In this document: piece by piece, positions 45,257 to 58,397 of the stretch | Numbering within the stretch: the first letter of the stretch is position 1 | Layout: each line of letters opens with the position of its first letter | Assembly: GCA_965250285.1 (NCBI GenBank) | Contig: OZ252299.1 | Span: 4,864,001-4,928,000 of the forward strand | Direction of reading: 5' to 3' | DNA: 64,000 nucleotides | DNA from: Myxococcota bacterium | GTDB lineage: Bacteria; Myxococcota_A; UBA9160; UBA4427 | Made by a program: the position numbers and the translations under genes | The notes under the pieces: generated by a model | Databases searched by the model: none | Told to the model about the DNA's origin: nothing | Seen by the model: the letters and a program-made list of their open reading frames with translations, nothing else

Positions 45257-45907
45257 TTGACCGCCGATCCGGAAATCGAAGCGCTCCTGAACGGCGCGCT
45301 CGAGCAGGCCAGCGTTGGGACTACGCCGGTCGCCGTGGCCCAGCTCTGCGCATTTGCCGGGTTGGTCGAGCAGTGGGGCGCGCGGATGAACCTGAGTGGC
45401 CATCGATCAGCTCGGTCGATCGCCGAGGCGCTGATCGCGGACTCGATCGGATTGCTCGCTCAGCTCGAGCAGGCCCTGGGAAGCCGATTGACCGGGCACG
45501 TGGTCGATCTGGGCTCCGGCGCGGGCTTCCCCGGAATGCCGATCGCGATCCTGCGACCCGAGGCCCACTTCAGCCTCGTCGAGGCGAGAGAGAAGCGGCA
45601 TCTCTTTCAGCGCGCCGCGATTCGAGAGCTCGGGCTCTCCCGCGTCGAAGCCGTGCGGGGCCGGATCGAAGACGTTGCGACCGCGCCCGCACAGGTCGTC
45701 ATGGGTCAGGCCGTCGGGCCCATCGAGCAGGTCATCGACTGGATGCGGCCCTATCTGGCGCCGGGCGGTACCGCCGCCGTGCCGGGTGGCGATGATCTCG
45801 AAAATCCGGCCTCAGCTGAAGATCTCCGGCCGCGGATCATCGAGTATCGCTCGCCGCTGCTGAACCAGCCCCGTCGACTCTGGCTCGGCCACCTCGGCTC
45901 TGCCTGA
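45257..45907 (+). CDS. rsmG: 16S rRNA m7G527 methyltransferase
   Basis: W...MNL, DLGSGAGFPG.P.AI, VEA..KR..F, RIE. TTG start follows GGGAG; position before parA. Confidence 0.85.
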   Translation: MTADPEIEALLNGALEQASVGTTPVAVAQLCAFAGLVEQWGARMNLSGHRSARSIAEALIADSIGLLAQLEQALGSRLTGHVVDLGSGAGFPGMPIAILRPEAHFSLVEAREKRHLFQRAAIRELGLSRVEAVRGRIEDVATAPAQVVMGQAVGPIEQVIDWMRPYLAPGGTAAVPGGDDLENPASAEDLRPRIIEYRSPLLNQPRRLWLGHLGSA

Positions 45908-46011
45908 AACAAGCCTGAGCGTCGCCTCGCCGACCAGCTGCTCGGCAGCCCACTCGCCAAGCTGGGCGCGGGAGCCCGCCTGTGGTACCTCTCGCCAGGC
46001 CTGGGGGGTGC

Positions 46012-46935
46012 ATGTCGAAGGCCAGCCACGTCATTGCGGTCGTCAATCAGAAGGGCGGCGTCGGGAAGACCACCTCGGCCGTCAATCTGGCCGCCTGTTT
46101 CGCCGCGACCGAGCGGCGAACCCTCTTGATCGATCTGGACCCCCAGGGGAACGCGAGCAGTGCCTTTGGCATTGTGAATTCACCACATCATGTCTATCAC
46201 GTGCTGATCGGCGAGGCGTCGATCGAGGACGTCGCGATTCGTTCGGCCATCGAGTACCTCGACGTGCTGCCGGCGGGCCCCGATCTCGTCGGCGCAGAGA
46301 TCGAGCTCGTCTCGGCCGTGGCCCGCGAGCAGAAGCTCGCCCAGGCCATTGCCCGAGCACACGACCGGTACGAGCTCGTCGTGATCGACTGCCCGCCCTC
46401 GCTCGGCCTGCTGACCCTGAACGCGCTCACCGCTGCAAAATCGCTACTGATTCCGTTGCAATGTGAGTATTACGCGCTCGAGGGTCTCGCGCGTCTCACC
46501 GAGACGACCGAGCTCGTGCGCGAGAACTTGAATCCTTCTCTGCAACTGCTCGGCATCGTCCTGACGATGGTCGACATGCGCAACAACCTCGCGCGCCAGG
46601 TCGAAGCCGAGGTGCGGCGGCACTTCGGTGACAAGGTCTATCGCACGCGCATCCCGCGGAACGTGCGGCTCAGCGAGGCGCCGAGTCATGGCAAGCCGAT
46701 CATCCTCTATGACATCCATTCGAAGGGTGCAGTGGCGTACCTGAAGCTCGCCGAAGAGATCCTCCAGAAGGCTCCGTTTGCTGCTTCGATCAACGCAGCG
46801 CTACCGAGCACAGAGACACCGGCCGGTGAAGCAGTGCCGCCGGGCGCTACGGCCCTCGCAGCGACGTCGGTGCTGGACGCGTTCGACGTCGAGCCGACCG
46901 ACATCGACGAAGACGAACGAGGAGCGGCCGAATGA
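46012..46935 (+). CDS. parA: Chromosome partitioning ATPase ParA/Soj
   Basis: NQKGGVGKTT, DLDPQGNAS, IDCPPSLG, QCEYYALEG, PRNVRLSEAPSHG. Confidence 0.96.
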   Translation: MSKASHVIAVVNQKGGVGKTTSAVNLAACFAATERRTLLIDLDPQGNASSAFGIVNSPHHVYHVLIGEASIEDVAIRSAIEYLDVLPAGPDLVGAEIELVSAVAREQKLAQAIARAHDRYELVVIDCPPSLGLLTLNALTAAKSLLIPLQCEYYALEGLARLTETTELVRENLNPSLQLLGIVLTMVDMRNNLARQVEAEVRRHFGDKVYRTRIPRNVRLSEAPSHGKPIILYDIHSKGAVAYLKLAEEILQKAPFAASINAALPSTETPAGEAVPPGATALAATSVLDAFDVEPTDIDEDERGAAE

Positions 46936-47888
46936 GCGCCAAGCGAAGTGCGCTGGGACGCGGTCTGAACGCGTTGATTCCGAGTCAGGGGGCTGCGGCG
47001 CCCACACCTGTCGCCACGCAGGACGCTACGAAAATCGATGCATCGGGATCGCCCGCTGCCGCCGATGCTGCAGCTGCGGCGCCGCCGGGCCCACAGCGTC
47101 TGCCTGTGGCGCAGATCGACGCCAACCCGGATCAGCCGCGTCGTCGTTTCGACCCGGCCGAGCTGCAGAAGCTCGCGCAGTCGATCCTGCGGCATGGGGT
47201 GCTGCAGCCGATCGTCGTTCGACGCGTCGCCGATCGGTATCAGCTCGTGGTCGGCGAGCGGCGCTGGCGCGCGAGTCGGGCCGCGGGACTCGAAGAGATC
47301 CCCGCCGTCGTCGCCGAGGTCGACCCCGACGAGCAGCTCGAGATCGCGATCGTCGAGAACGTGCAGCGTCACGACTTGAATCCGATGGAGCTGGCGATCG
47401 CCTACCGGGCGCTCGCCGACCAGGGACACACGCAGGAAGAGATCGGTCAGAAGGTGTCGATGGATCGCTCGTCGATCGCCAACCACCTGCGCCTGCTCGA
47501 GCTCTCGCGCGATCTGCAGGAAGACGTCGAGGCAGGCCGGCTCTCGATGGGCCACGCGAAGGCGCTGCTCCAGGTGGCACACCCCGAGCGCCGGCTGCAT
47601 CTGCGGGACCGGATCCTGGCGGACGGGCTGTCGGTGCGAGCCTCGGAGAAGCTCGCGCGTGAAACCGCCGGACCGACCGCCAAGACCAAGGCGGCGCCGA
47701 CGAAAGCAAAGGCCGATGCCCACGCGCCCACCGACCCCGATGCCCGGCGCCTCATCGAGCTGCTCGAGCAGCGCTATCAGGCGCGCGTCATGATTCGTGA
47801 GGACGGCGGCAAGGGGCGGGTCGAGATCGAGTTCGGTGGGCGGGAGGATCTCCACCGCATCACTTCGTTGCTCCTCGGGGAGGCCTGA
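46932..47888 (+). CDS. parB: Chromosome partitioning protein ParB/Spo0J
   Basis: LGRGL, QPRR.F, GERRWRA, ENVQR.DLNP.E, HTH RS.IAN.LRLL. Confidence 0.96.
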   Translation: MSAKRSALGRGLNALIPSQGAAAPTPVATQDATKIDASGSPAAADAAAAAPPGPQRLPVAQIDANPDQPRRRFDPAELQKLAQSILRHGVLQPIVVRRVADRYQLVVGERRWRASRAAGLEEIPAVVAEVDPDEQLEIAIVENVQRHDLNPMELAIAYRALADQGHTQEEIGQKVSMDRSSIANHLRLLELSRDLQEDVEAGRLSMGHAKALLQVAHPERRLHLRDRILADGLSVRASEKLARETAGPTAKTKAAPTKAKADAHAPTDPDARRLIELLEQRYQARVMIREDGGKGRVEIEFGGREDLHRITSLLLGEA

Positions 47889-47928
47889 GTCTTCGCCGTG
47901 CCTGTCCGAACGAGGGGAGCCTGAGCGG

Positions 47929-48369
47929 ATGTCCGACGCCATCGTGCTCACCAACCAGCAGCCTGGCGACCCGAGACGGGCCCCGCGCTCGTCGGCCCCT
48001 CAAGCCGAGGGCGCACGGCGGTCCGCCGACGTGGGGGGCGAGAGCCTCGTCCCGGCCGGCTTTCGTTTCGAGGGCACCGTCGCCTTTCACGGCGCCGCGC
48101 GGCTTGATGGCGAGGTCACGGGCCGGGTCGAGGGCCGAGGGCTGCTCGAGGTCGGACCCGGGGCCCGGCTCGCCGGCGACGTGAAGACCGACGAGCTCGT
48201 CGTCGCCGGCGCGATCGAGGGCGACCTCGAGATCGGGACCCGACTCGAGCTGCTCGACGGGGCGCGCATCACCGGGGCCGTCCGGACCCCCGCTCTGCAG
48301 ATGCACGAAGGGGCGGTCCTCGATGGCCCCTGCCACATCGCGACGGAGCCCCGCGAAGCCGATTCTTGA
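47929..48369 (+). CDS. Bactofilin (polymer-forming cytoskeletal protein)
   Basis: Beta-helix pattern FEGTV.F.G.ARLDG.V.G, L.VG.GA.L.G.V, G.I.G.L, L..GA.I.G.V, GA.LDG.C. Confidence 0.88.
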   Translation: MSDAIVLTNQQPGDPRRAPRSSAPQAEGARRSADVGGESLVPAGFRFEGTVAFHGAARLDGEVTGRVEGRGLLEVGPGARLAGDVKTDELVVAGAIEGDLEIGTRLELLDGARITGAVRTPALQMHEGAVLDGPCHIATEPREADS

Positions 48370-48827
48370 CCGGCAACAGACCGTTGCGCCGCTTGAATCT
48401 GTACTCGGCTATGCCAAACTGCTGCCGCCCGGAGCCCCTCCGGGCCCCGTTTACGCCCCTCGAAGTGGCCCTCGCTGGCCGCTGCCGCCCCGCCGATTCG
48501 AGCGCGAATCGTGCGAGCGGCCGGAGACCCGGGCTCGAATGGCGGCCCGACGAGCTCGTTGAGGGCGCGAGATCCAACGCATGACTTCGAGACGATCAGC
48601 CCGCCGAGACGGCGATGGGCCTGCTCGAAGCACGCCGAGACCCCCACTCGTCGATCACGTCGAGCGACGTGGAACGACGTGGAGCGAACGTGAAGTCGAA
48701 TACGGAAGAGCGCCGATCGACGCGCCGGACGGTCGAGGCGGCCGTGCGCGTTTCGTCGCAGACCGAAGCGCAGCCTCCTTCTTCTTCCTTCTCTCTTTTC
48801 GATTCTTTCGGTTCTTCGAAGGCGGTC

Positions 48828-49331
48828 GTGGCGCGAGCCGGCACGGCGCTCGCCGCGACGTGGCTCATGGCGAGCCCGGCCTTCGCCGCCGAAGAGCTCG
48901 TGCTCTCACCCGACTTCAAGATCGTGGGCATCCTCATCGCCGGGTTCGTGCTGCTGATGTTCCCGGCGAACCAGCTCATCTTCAAGCCGATCTTCCGCGC
49001 GCTCGACGAGCGTGAGGAGCGCATCCAAGGCGCCCGCTCGCGAGCGACGCAGATTCAGTCCGATGCCGACGGCGTGCTCGCCGACTACGAAGGCCGCATT
49101 CGCGAGGCGCGGCTCGACGCCGAAGCCGCGCGCAAGGATGCGATCACGGCGGCGCGCAGTGAGCAGACGTCGATGACGACGGCCGCGCGCAGCGAAGCCG
49201 AGGGCGAGATCGAGCGTGCCCGCGAGACACTCGCCGGCGAGCTCGAAGACGCGCGGCAACGCATGCGGGGCGACGCGCAGGATCTCGCCCGCGAAGCCGC
49301 GGCGCAGATCCTCGGACGGAGCCTCTCATGA
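48828..49331 (+). CDS. ATP synthase F0 subunit b'
   Basis: One TM then LIFKPI..ALDERE..I and a long helical stalk; first of two b-type genes. Start is uncertain (ORF open to 48615). Confidence 0.85.
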   Translation: MARAGTALAATWLMASPAFAAEELVLSPDFKIVGILIAGFVLLMFPANQLIFKPIFRALDEREERIQGARSRATQIQSDADGVLADYEGRIREARLDAEAARKDAITAARSEQTSMTTAARSEAEGEIERARETLAGELEDARQRMRGDAQDLAREAAAQILGRSLS

Positions 49332-49936
49332 CTTTTGCGACCTGGGTGCGACGGCTGATCCCCACCGCGCTGGCGCTCTGCGTCGCGGCCCCGGCGTTCG
49401 CTGCGGGCGGCGGGGACAAGACCACCGAAGCGATGTGGCAGGGCTTCAACCTCGTGCTGCTCGTCGGCGTCATCGTCTACTTCGCGCGCGGGCCGGTGAT
49501 GGCCTTCTTCACAGACCGTCGCTCGCAGATCCAGACGGACCTCGACGAGGCGGCGCGCCTGCTCTCCGAGGCCGAGACCCGGAACAGCGAGCTTCAGCGT
49601 CGGATCGTCGACCTCGGAAGCGAGGTCGAAGAGATTCGCGAGACGACCCGGGCTCGCGCCGAAGAAGAGAGCGAGCGCATCCTCGCCGAGGCGCGTAAGG
49701 CCGCCGAGCGCATCCGCGCCGACGCCACCGCAGCCGTCGACCAGGAGCTGCGTCGCGCCCAGAGAGAGCTGCGCGACGAAGCGGCGAGCCTGGCATTGAC
49801 GGCCGCGGCCGACATCCTGCGCGAGCAGATCGCCGAGACCGACCGCGATCGCTTGCTGGACGAGTTCATCACACGGGTCGAGCCCGGCAACAACGCAGGC
49901 AACAACGCCGGCAACAACGCGGGCAACAACGGCTGA
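49328..49936 (+). CDS. atpF: ATP synthase F0 subunit b
   Basis: W..FN..LL.G..YFAR.P...F..R..I, helical stalk, RLLDEFI. Confidence 0.9.
   Translation: MTFATWVRRLIPTALALCVAAPAFAAGGGDKTTEAMWQGFNLVLLVGVIVYFARGPVMAFFTDRRSQIQTDLDEAARLLSEAETRNSELQRRIVDLGSEVEEIRETTRARAEEESERILAEARKAAERIRADATAAVDQELRRAQRELRDEAASLALTAAADILREQIAETDRDRLLDEFITRVEPGNNAGNNAGNNAGNNG
49886..49933 (+). repeat. 4 x 12-bp tandem repeat encoding (GNNA)n at the atpF C-terminus
   Basis: GGCAACAACGCA GGCAACAACGCC GGCAACAACGCG GGCAACAACGGC. Confidence 0.9.
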
Positions 49937-50021
49937 CCCGATCCGGCCGGTTCGCCGGTTCGCATGTACCCGCGTGCCCCGTCCGACGGGCGGGGCCGCG
50001 AAGACGAGAAGACGCACCGAG

Positions 50022-50564
50022 ATGAAGTCACAGGCAGCCGCACTTCGATACGCCAAGGCGCTCTTCGGTCTCGCGAAGGACGAGCGTCGACTCGCCGACG
50101 TGCGCGAAGAGCTCGACCGGTTCGGTCAGCTGCTCGACGGCAACGCCGAGCTGCGCGATGCGCTGCAGCAGCCGCTCCACCCGGCCGACGAGCGCAAGGC
50201 CGTCGTGAAGGCGCTGGCTCCGATCGCACAGCAGAGTGATCTGCTCGTGAACTTCTACAGCTTCCTGATCGACCAGCGCCGTCTGGTCGATTTTCAGTCG
50301 GTCCGCGAAGAGTTCGATCGCCTGGCCGACGAAGACGCAGGCCTGACCACCGCCCAGATCGTCGCGGCGAGTCCACTCGACGAGCGTCGCCGCGATCGAC
50401 TGCGCCGCGCGCTCAGCGAGCGCACGGGTCGCGAGGTGCGGCTCGAGGTCACGGTCGATCCCGAGCTCATCGGGGGAGCCGTCGCCAAGGTGGGCGACCT
50501 CGTCTTCGACGGAAGTCTCCGCACGCAGCTGAGCCAGCTGCGGGCCAACCTCACGAAGGGCTAG
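50022..50564 (+). CDS. atpH: ATP synthase F1 subunit delta
   Basis: RYAKALF, VDPELIGG.V.KVGD.VFDGS.RTQL. Confidence 0.95.
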   Translation: MKSQAAALRYAKALFGLAKDERRLADVREELDRFGQLLDGNAELRDALQQPLHPADERKAVVKALAPIAQQSDLLVNFYSFLIDQRRLVDFQSVREEFDRLADEDAGLTTAQIVAASPLDERRRDRLRRALSERTGREVRLEVTVDPELIGGAVAKVGDLVFDGSLRTQLSQLRANLTKG

Positions 50565-50606
50565 TGAATCCACTGGTACCGAACGTGGAATAGGGAAGAG
50601 TGAGAG

Positions 50607-52163
<1,557 letters not shown>

Positions 52164-52164
52164 A

Positions 52165-54524
<2,360 letters not shown>

Positions 54525-54603
54525 CGAGCCGGTGATCGCCTAGTGATCCGGCGGTCGCAAAGACCGGCGCCCGCGGCGGATGCGCGGGTCAAGGAGTGAT
54601 TCG

Positions 54604-55020
54604 ATGTCGATCAATCTGGTCGTCGTGACGCCCGAAGGCGAGGCCTTCTCGCAGCCGGTCGAGGGCGTCGTGCTACCGGGTGCCGAGGGAGACTTCGGCG
54701 TCATGGAGGAGCACGCGCGCTTCCTCGCTCCGCTCAAGCCGGGGCCGGTCGAGATCAAGCTGGCCGGCGGCGAGGTCGAGTGGGCCGGCGTGTCGGGCGG
54801 GTTCGCCGAGGTGTCGGGTGGTCACGTCGTGGTGCTCGTCGACGAGTGCTACAAGGCGCACGAGATCGACGAAGAGCACGCGATCCGCACGAAGGAAGAG
54901 GCCGAGCGGGCGCTCGAAGAGCTGCTGAAGCAGGAGCACGAGGCCGACGCTCGGGCGCGCCTCGAAGAGAACGTCGTGCGCGCCAGCGTGCAGGCCGACG
55001 TCCTCGCCCGGAAGGGCTGA
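54604..55020 (+). CDS. atpC: ATP synthase F1 subunit epsilon
   Basis: VVTPEG, PGAEG.FGV...H, VSGGFAEV. Confidence 0.95.
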   Translation: MSINLVVVTPEGEAFSQPVEGVVLPGAEGDFGVMEEHARFLAPLKPGPVEIKLAGGEVEWAGVSGGFAEVSGGHVVVLVDECYKAHEIDEEHAIRTKEEAERALEELLKQEHEADARARLEENVVRASVQADVLARKG

Positions 55021-55134
55021 GCGCGCCGCGGTTCGCGCGCGCAGAGTCCAGATACGGCCGCAGTCTCTGAGGCCGGCTCTCCAGACGAGACAGGTAGTCC
55101 ATCGGTCGACGAGTTCGGGGCGATCGTGGCCGCG

Positions 55135-55340
55135 TTCGTCCGGGGGCCGGTGCGCCTTTCGCCTTTCGCGCCGCTCGGGTCGGCTGCGATGGACGCCAGC
55201 GGAGGGTCGGAGGTGGGTGTGACCGCCAAGCCGCCCGGTGCCATCAGGGGGGAGCACCGGGTGCGGCGAGTTCACACGTAGGCCAACCGCCGGCGTCCAT
55301 CTGGGATCCATCCGCCACGTCGAATCGAGCGCCGGACGAA
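55135..55340. ncRNA. Candidate structured RNA / inverted-repeat element (~205 nt nested hairpin)
   Basis: Nested arms TTCGTCCGG/CCGGACGAA, CGCTCG/CGAGCG, ATGGACGCC/GGCGTCCAT, GTGTGA/TCACAC, CCGGTGC/GCACCGG in an otherwise empty gap. Family not identified. Confidence 0.4.
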
Positions 55341-55590
55341 ACCCGGATCTTGCCCGTGCGGGTCGAGCGTGGTCGCACGCCGAAGCGGGGGAGCTTCGTT
55401 GCTCGACCGGTCAGATCCGCGGGACGACGGACCACCCGGGCGAGCACGTGCTGCATCGACCGCACAGAAGCTCGGTCGCCGACGGCACCCGTTGAGTTCG
55501 CGGCCCGCTGTCGCTTTCGGTGGGACGAAGCCCCGAATCGAATCAGTTCATCGGAATCGTTCGACGAAACTGCCCGGCGGTGACGCTGAT

Positions 55591-56427
55591 CTAGGCCGCC
55601 AGCCGATCGAGTCCGAGCTCGGCGAGGCGTGCGTGCGCCATCTCGAGATCGTCGATCTCATCGGGGTGGAAGTCGCGTCGCAGATAGGCGCGCAGCTGCT
55701 TGGCTGCGAACGCGATGGCCGGCCCGTCGGTGCGCTGGTGCTTCGCGAAGAGCGCTTCGCGCGCCGCGCGAATGTCGGCGCCGCTCATCCCGTCCTGGCG
55801 CATCAGCCGTCGTGAGACGACCGCGCTGTAGCCGCCGATGAAGAGCGACGCGAGCAAGAAGCCGAAGATCCGATTCACATAGCCGATGCCGACCGACTTC
55901 ATGACGTCGAAGGCCACCGCCTTGTGTTCGACTTCTTCGGTGGCGTGCCAGATGACGAGCTTCTCCATCGTCGGATGGAATTCGCGGGGATGGTTCGCCG
56001 TCAACGCGAAGTGTCCGAGCGTCGCGGTGTAGTGCTCGGCGCCGGCCGTGATCGCGAGTCGCACCGAGCGCGGAAACTTCGACATGAAGCGATCGATGTA
56101 GTGGAACGCGCGCAGGAACCCGTCGATGCGGTAGCCCTGGCGTCGAAGCGTGTCGAAGTACGCCTCGTGCTCCTGCCCGTGCACGGCCTCCTGCCCGGCG
56201 AAGGCGCGCGCCTGCTTGCGCAGCTCGGGATCTTCGATGTCCGACATGTAGTCGTTCACGGCGCGAATGAAGAACCGCTCGCCGTCGGGAAACAGCAGGT
56301 TGGTCGCGTTGAACATGTGCGTGGCGAAGGCATTGCCGCCCGCCCAGTGGCGGGGGATGTCGTCGCCGAAGTCGAAGCCGGGGCGGCGGATCGGGATCGC
56401 GGGGCGGTTCGGGCTGACCTGACTCAT
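55591..56427 (-). CDS. Predicted metal-dependent hydrolase (ferritin-like di-metal family)
   Basis: LFPDGERFF, F.GQEA.H..EH, AEHYTA, WHA.EE.EHKAVAFDV. ATG follows GGAGA. Confidence 0.85.
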   Translation of the reverse strand: MSQVSPNRPAIPIRRPGFDFGDDIPRHWAGGNAFATHMFNATNLLFPDGERFFIRAVNDYMSDIEDPELRKQARAFAGQEAVHGQEHEAYFDTLRRQGYRIDGFLRAFHYIDRFMSKFPRSVRLAITAGAEHYTATLGHFALTANHPREFHPTMEKLVIWHATEEVEHKAVAFDVMKSVGIGYVNRIFGFLLASLFIGGYSAVVSRRLMRQDGMSGADIRAAREALFAKHQRTDGPAIAFAAKQLRAYLRRDFHPDEIDDLEMAHARLAELGLDRLAA

Positions 56428-56739
56428 GGGGTCTCCGGGTCGGGGCGCAGGGGCGGGCTGGGTGGGCGAATCGGGTGTCGCGGCTGGTCGCTGGAGGGCA
56501 GAAGAAACGAGGGGCAATGAGAGAGAGAACGAAGCGCGCGCCGTCCGGACCTGTGGCCGCTTCGGACGGGACCGGGTGCTTCCCGGACGCGGCAGAACAT
56601 ACACGGATACGCTCCCGTATGTCAAATCCCCACAGGGCCCCGGGCGAGACGAGACGAATCGACGTCCGCTTCGCCCCTGGATCCGCGCAGCGGTCTCGCG
56701 GACACTCGTCGGCCCCCTTCGCCAACGAGGTCCCACCCG

Positions 56740-58179
56740 ATGTCCCAGCTCAATCTCGATCCCACCTCCGTGTCGACCTGGGACGAAGAAGTCGACGTGC
56801 TGGTTGTGGGCCTGGGATGCGCAGGCGCCGCGGCCGCGCTCGAGGCCGCTGCGCAGGGTGCGGAGACCCTCGTCATCGAGAAGGCGGGCGGCGGGGGCGG
56901 CACGTCGGCCATGAGCGGCGGTGTCCTCTACCTCGGTGGCGGCACCGCGCTGCAGAAGGCGTGCGGCTTCGAAGACACCGAGCAGGCGATGTTCGACTAC
57001 CTGATGGCTTCGGTCGGGGACGCGCCCGACGAAGCGAAGATCCGCCTCTACTGCGAGGGCTCGCCGGCGCACTTCGACTGGCTCGTCGACCAGGGCGTGC
57101 CGTTCAAGCACACCTTCTACGACGGATGCTCCGGGGAGCCGCCGACCGATGATGGCCTCGTGTGGTCGGGCAGCGAGCAGATCCACCCCTTCTGCGACAT
57201 CGCCAAGCCTGCGCCGCGCGGTCACGTGCCGCAGATCGAACACCAGGGTGGCCCGATGCTCATGCGGTCGCTGTGCGCAGCGGTCGACGCGAGCCCGGCC
57301 CGTCTGCAGGCCGATACGACGGTGACCGCGCTCTACCAGACACCGACGGGCGAGGTCGTGGGGGCACGCATGGAGCACTTCGGCGACGTGCGACACGTCC
57401 GTGCGCGCGGCGGCGTCGTGCTGACGACGGGCGGCTTCGTGCTCGACGACGACATGCTGCGGCGCCATCAACCGAAGGCGCTCGACTGCATGGTTCGCAT
57501 CGCTGCGCAGGGCGACGACGGCTCGGGCATCCGACTCGGGCAGGCGGCCGGCGGCGACGTGAAGCACATGGACAAGGTGTCGATCTCGCTGCCGGTGACG
57601 CAGCCGTGGGGCCTCAAGCGCGGGGTCCTCGTGAACGAGAAGGGCCAGCGCTTCATCAACGAAGACGCGTACTACGGCCGGCTCGGCGAGTGGGCATTGC
57701 TCCACCAGGATGGCCGCGCATGGCTGATCGTCGATGACGACGTCTACGAGAAGCCCGAGTACCCGCGCGAGCTCGTCGCCGTCGGTGAGACGCCCACCGA
57801 GATCGCCGAGACCCTCGGCCTGCCGCCGGGCGCGCTCGAAGCGACGCTCGAGCTCTACAATCGCGATGCCGCGCGCGGAGCGGATTCGGCGTTTCACAAG
57901 CTGCCGAAGTATCTGCAGCCGCTCGATCGCGCACCCTACGGCGCCCTCGACTGCACGGCGGCCGCGTCGATCTATGCGGTCTTCACGCTCGGCGGCCTCT
58001 GCAGCGATGTCGATGGGCGGGTGCTCGACCCCGCCGGCGATCCGATCGTGGGTCTCTACGGCGCGGGGCGCAGCACGTCGGGGCTGTCGGTCGGCAGCTA
58101 CAGCAGCGGTCTCTCACTCGGCGACGGCACCTTCTATGGCCGCCGCGCCGGGCGCACGGCGGCCCAGGCCGCGCGCTGA
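56740..58179 (+). CDS. FAD-dependent oxidoreductase (3-ketosteroid dehydrogenase / flavocytochrome c flavin family)
   Basis: VVGLGCAG..AA, GGGTSAMSGG, VVLTTGGF, GQRFINED, TLGGL, GLYGAG, SG.SL.DG. Confidence 0.85.
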   Translation: MSQLNLDPTSVSTWDEEVDVLVVGLGCAGAAAALEAAAQGAETLVIEKAGGGGGTSAMSGGVLYLGGGTALQKACGFEDTEQAMFDYLMASVGDAPDEAKIRLYCEGSPAHFDWLVDQGVPFKHTFYDGCSGEPPTDDGLVWSGSEQIHPFCDIAKPAPRGHVPQIEHQGGPMLMRSLCAAVDASPARLQADTTVTALYQTPTGEVVGARMEHFGDVRHVRARGGVVLTTGGFVLDDDMLRRHQPKALDCMVRIAAQGDDGSGIRLGQAAGGDVKHMDKVSISLPVTQPWGLKRGVLVNEKGQRFINEDAYYGRLGEWALLHQDGRAWLIVDDDVYEKPEYPRELVAVGETPTEIAETLGLPPGALEATLELYNRDAARGADSAFHKLPKYLQPLDRAPYGALDCTAAASIYAVFTLGGLCSDVDGRVLDPAGDPIVGLYGAGRSTSGLSVGSYSSGLSLGDGTFYGRRAGRTAAQAAR

Positions 58180-58397
58180 TCCCCGACTTCCTCGCCGCGT
58201 TCGGCTGTCCCCTTGATTGGCGAACCCGTTCGCCTGTCGCCGGAAAGGGCCGGAAATCCACAGAAATCCCGCTATGATGCTCCTCCTTCCGGCTCCCTCG
58301 GAGGGAGCGGAGCACGTCGGCGACCGATCTGCATCCCGCGCGTGACTCGGGCCGCCCAAGGGCCCGGTCGAGACCTCACCCAGCCAGAGCGATCATC

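Noticed and set aside
55135..55345. SRP RNA, RNase P RNA or hammerhead ribozyme
   Set aside because: It lacks the SRP GGAA-tetraloop helix, the RNase P GAGGAAAGUCC motif, and a nearby CUGANGA partner for GGACGAAAC.
58180..58397. Lysine riboswitch before aspartate kinase
   Set aside because: No AGAGGUGC-type core; a TATGAT -10-like box at about 58273 leaves too short a leader.
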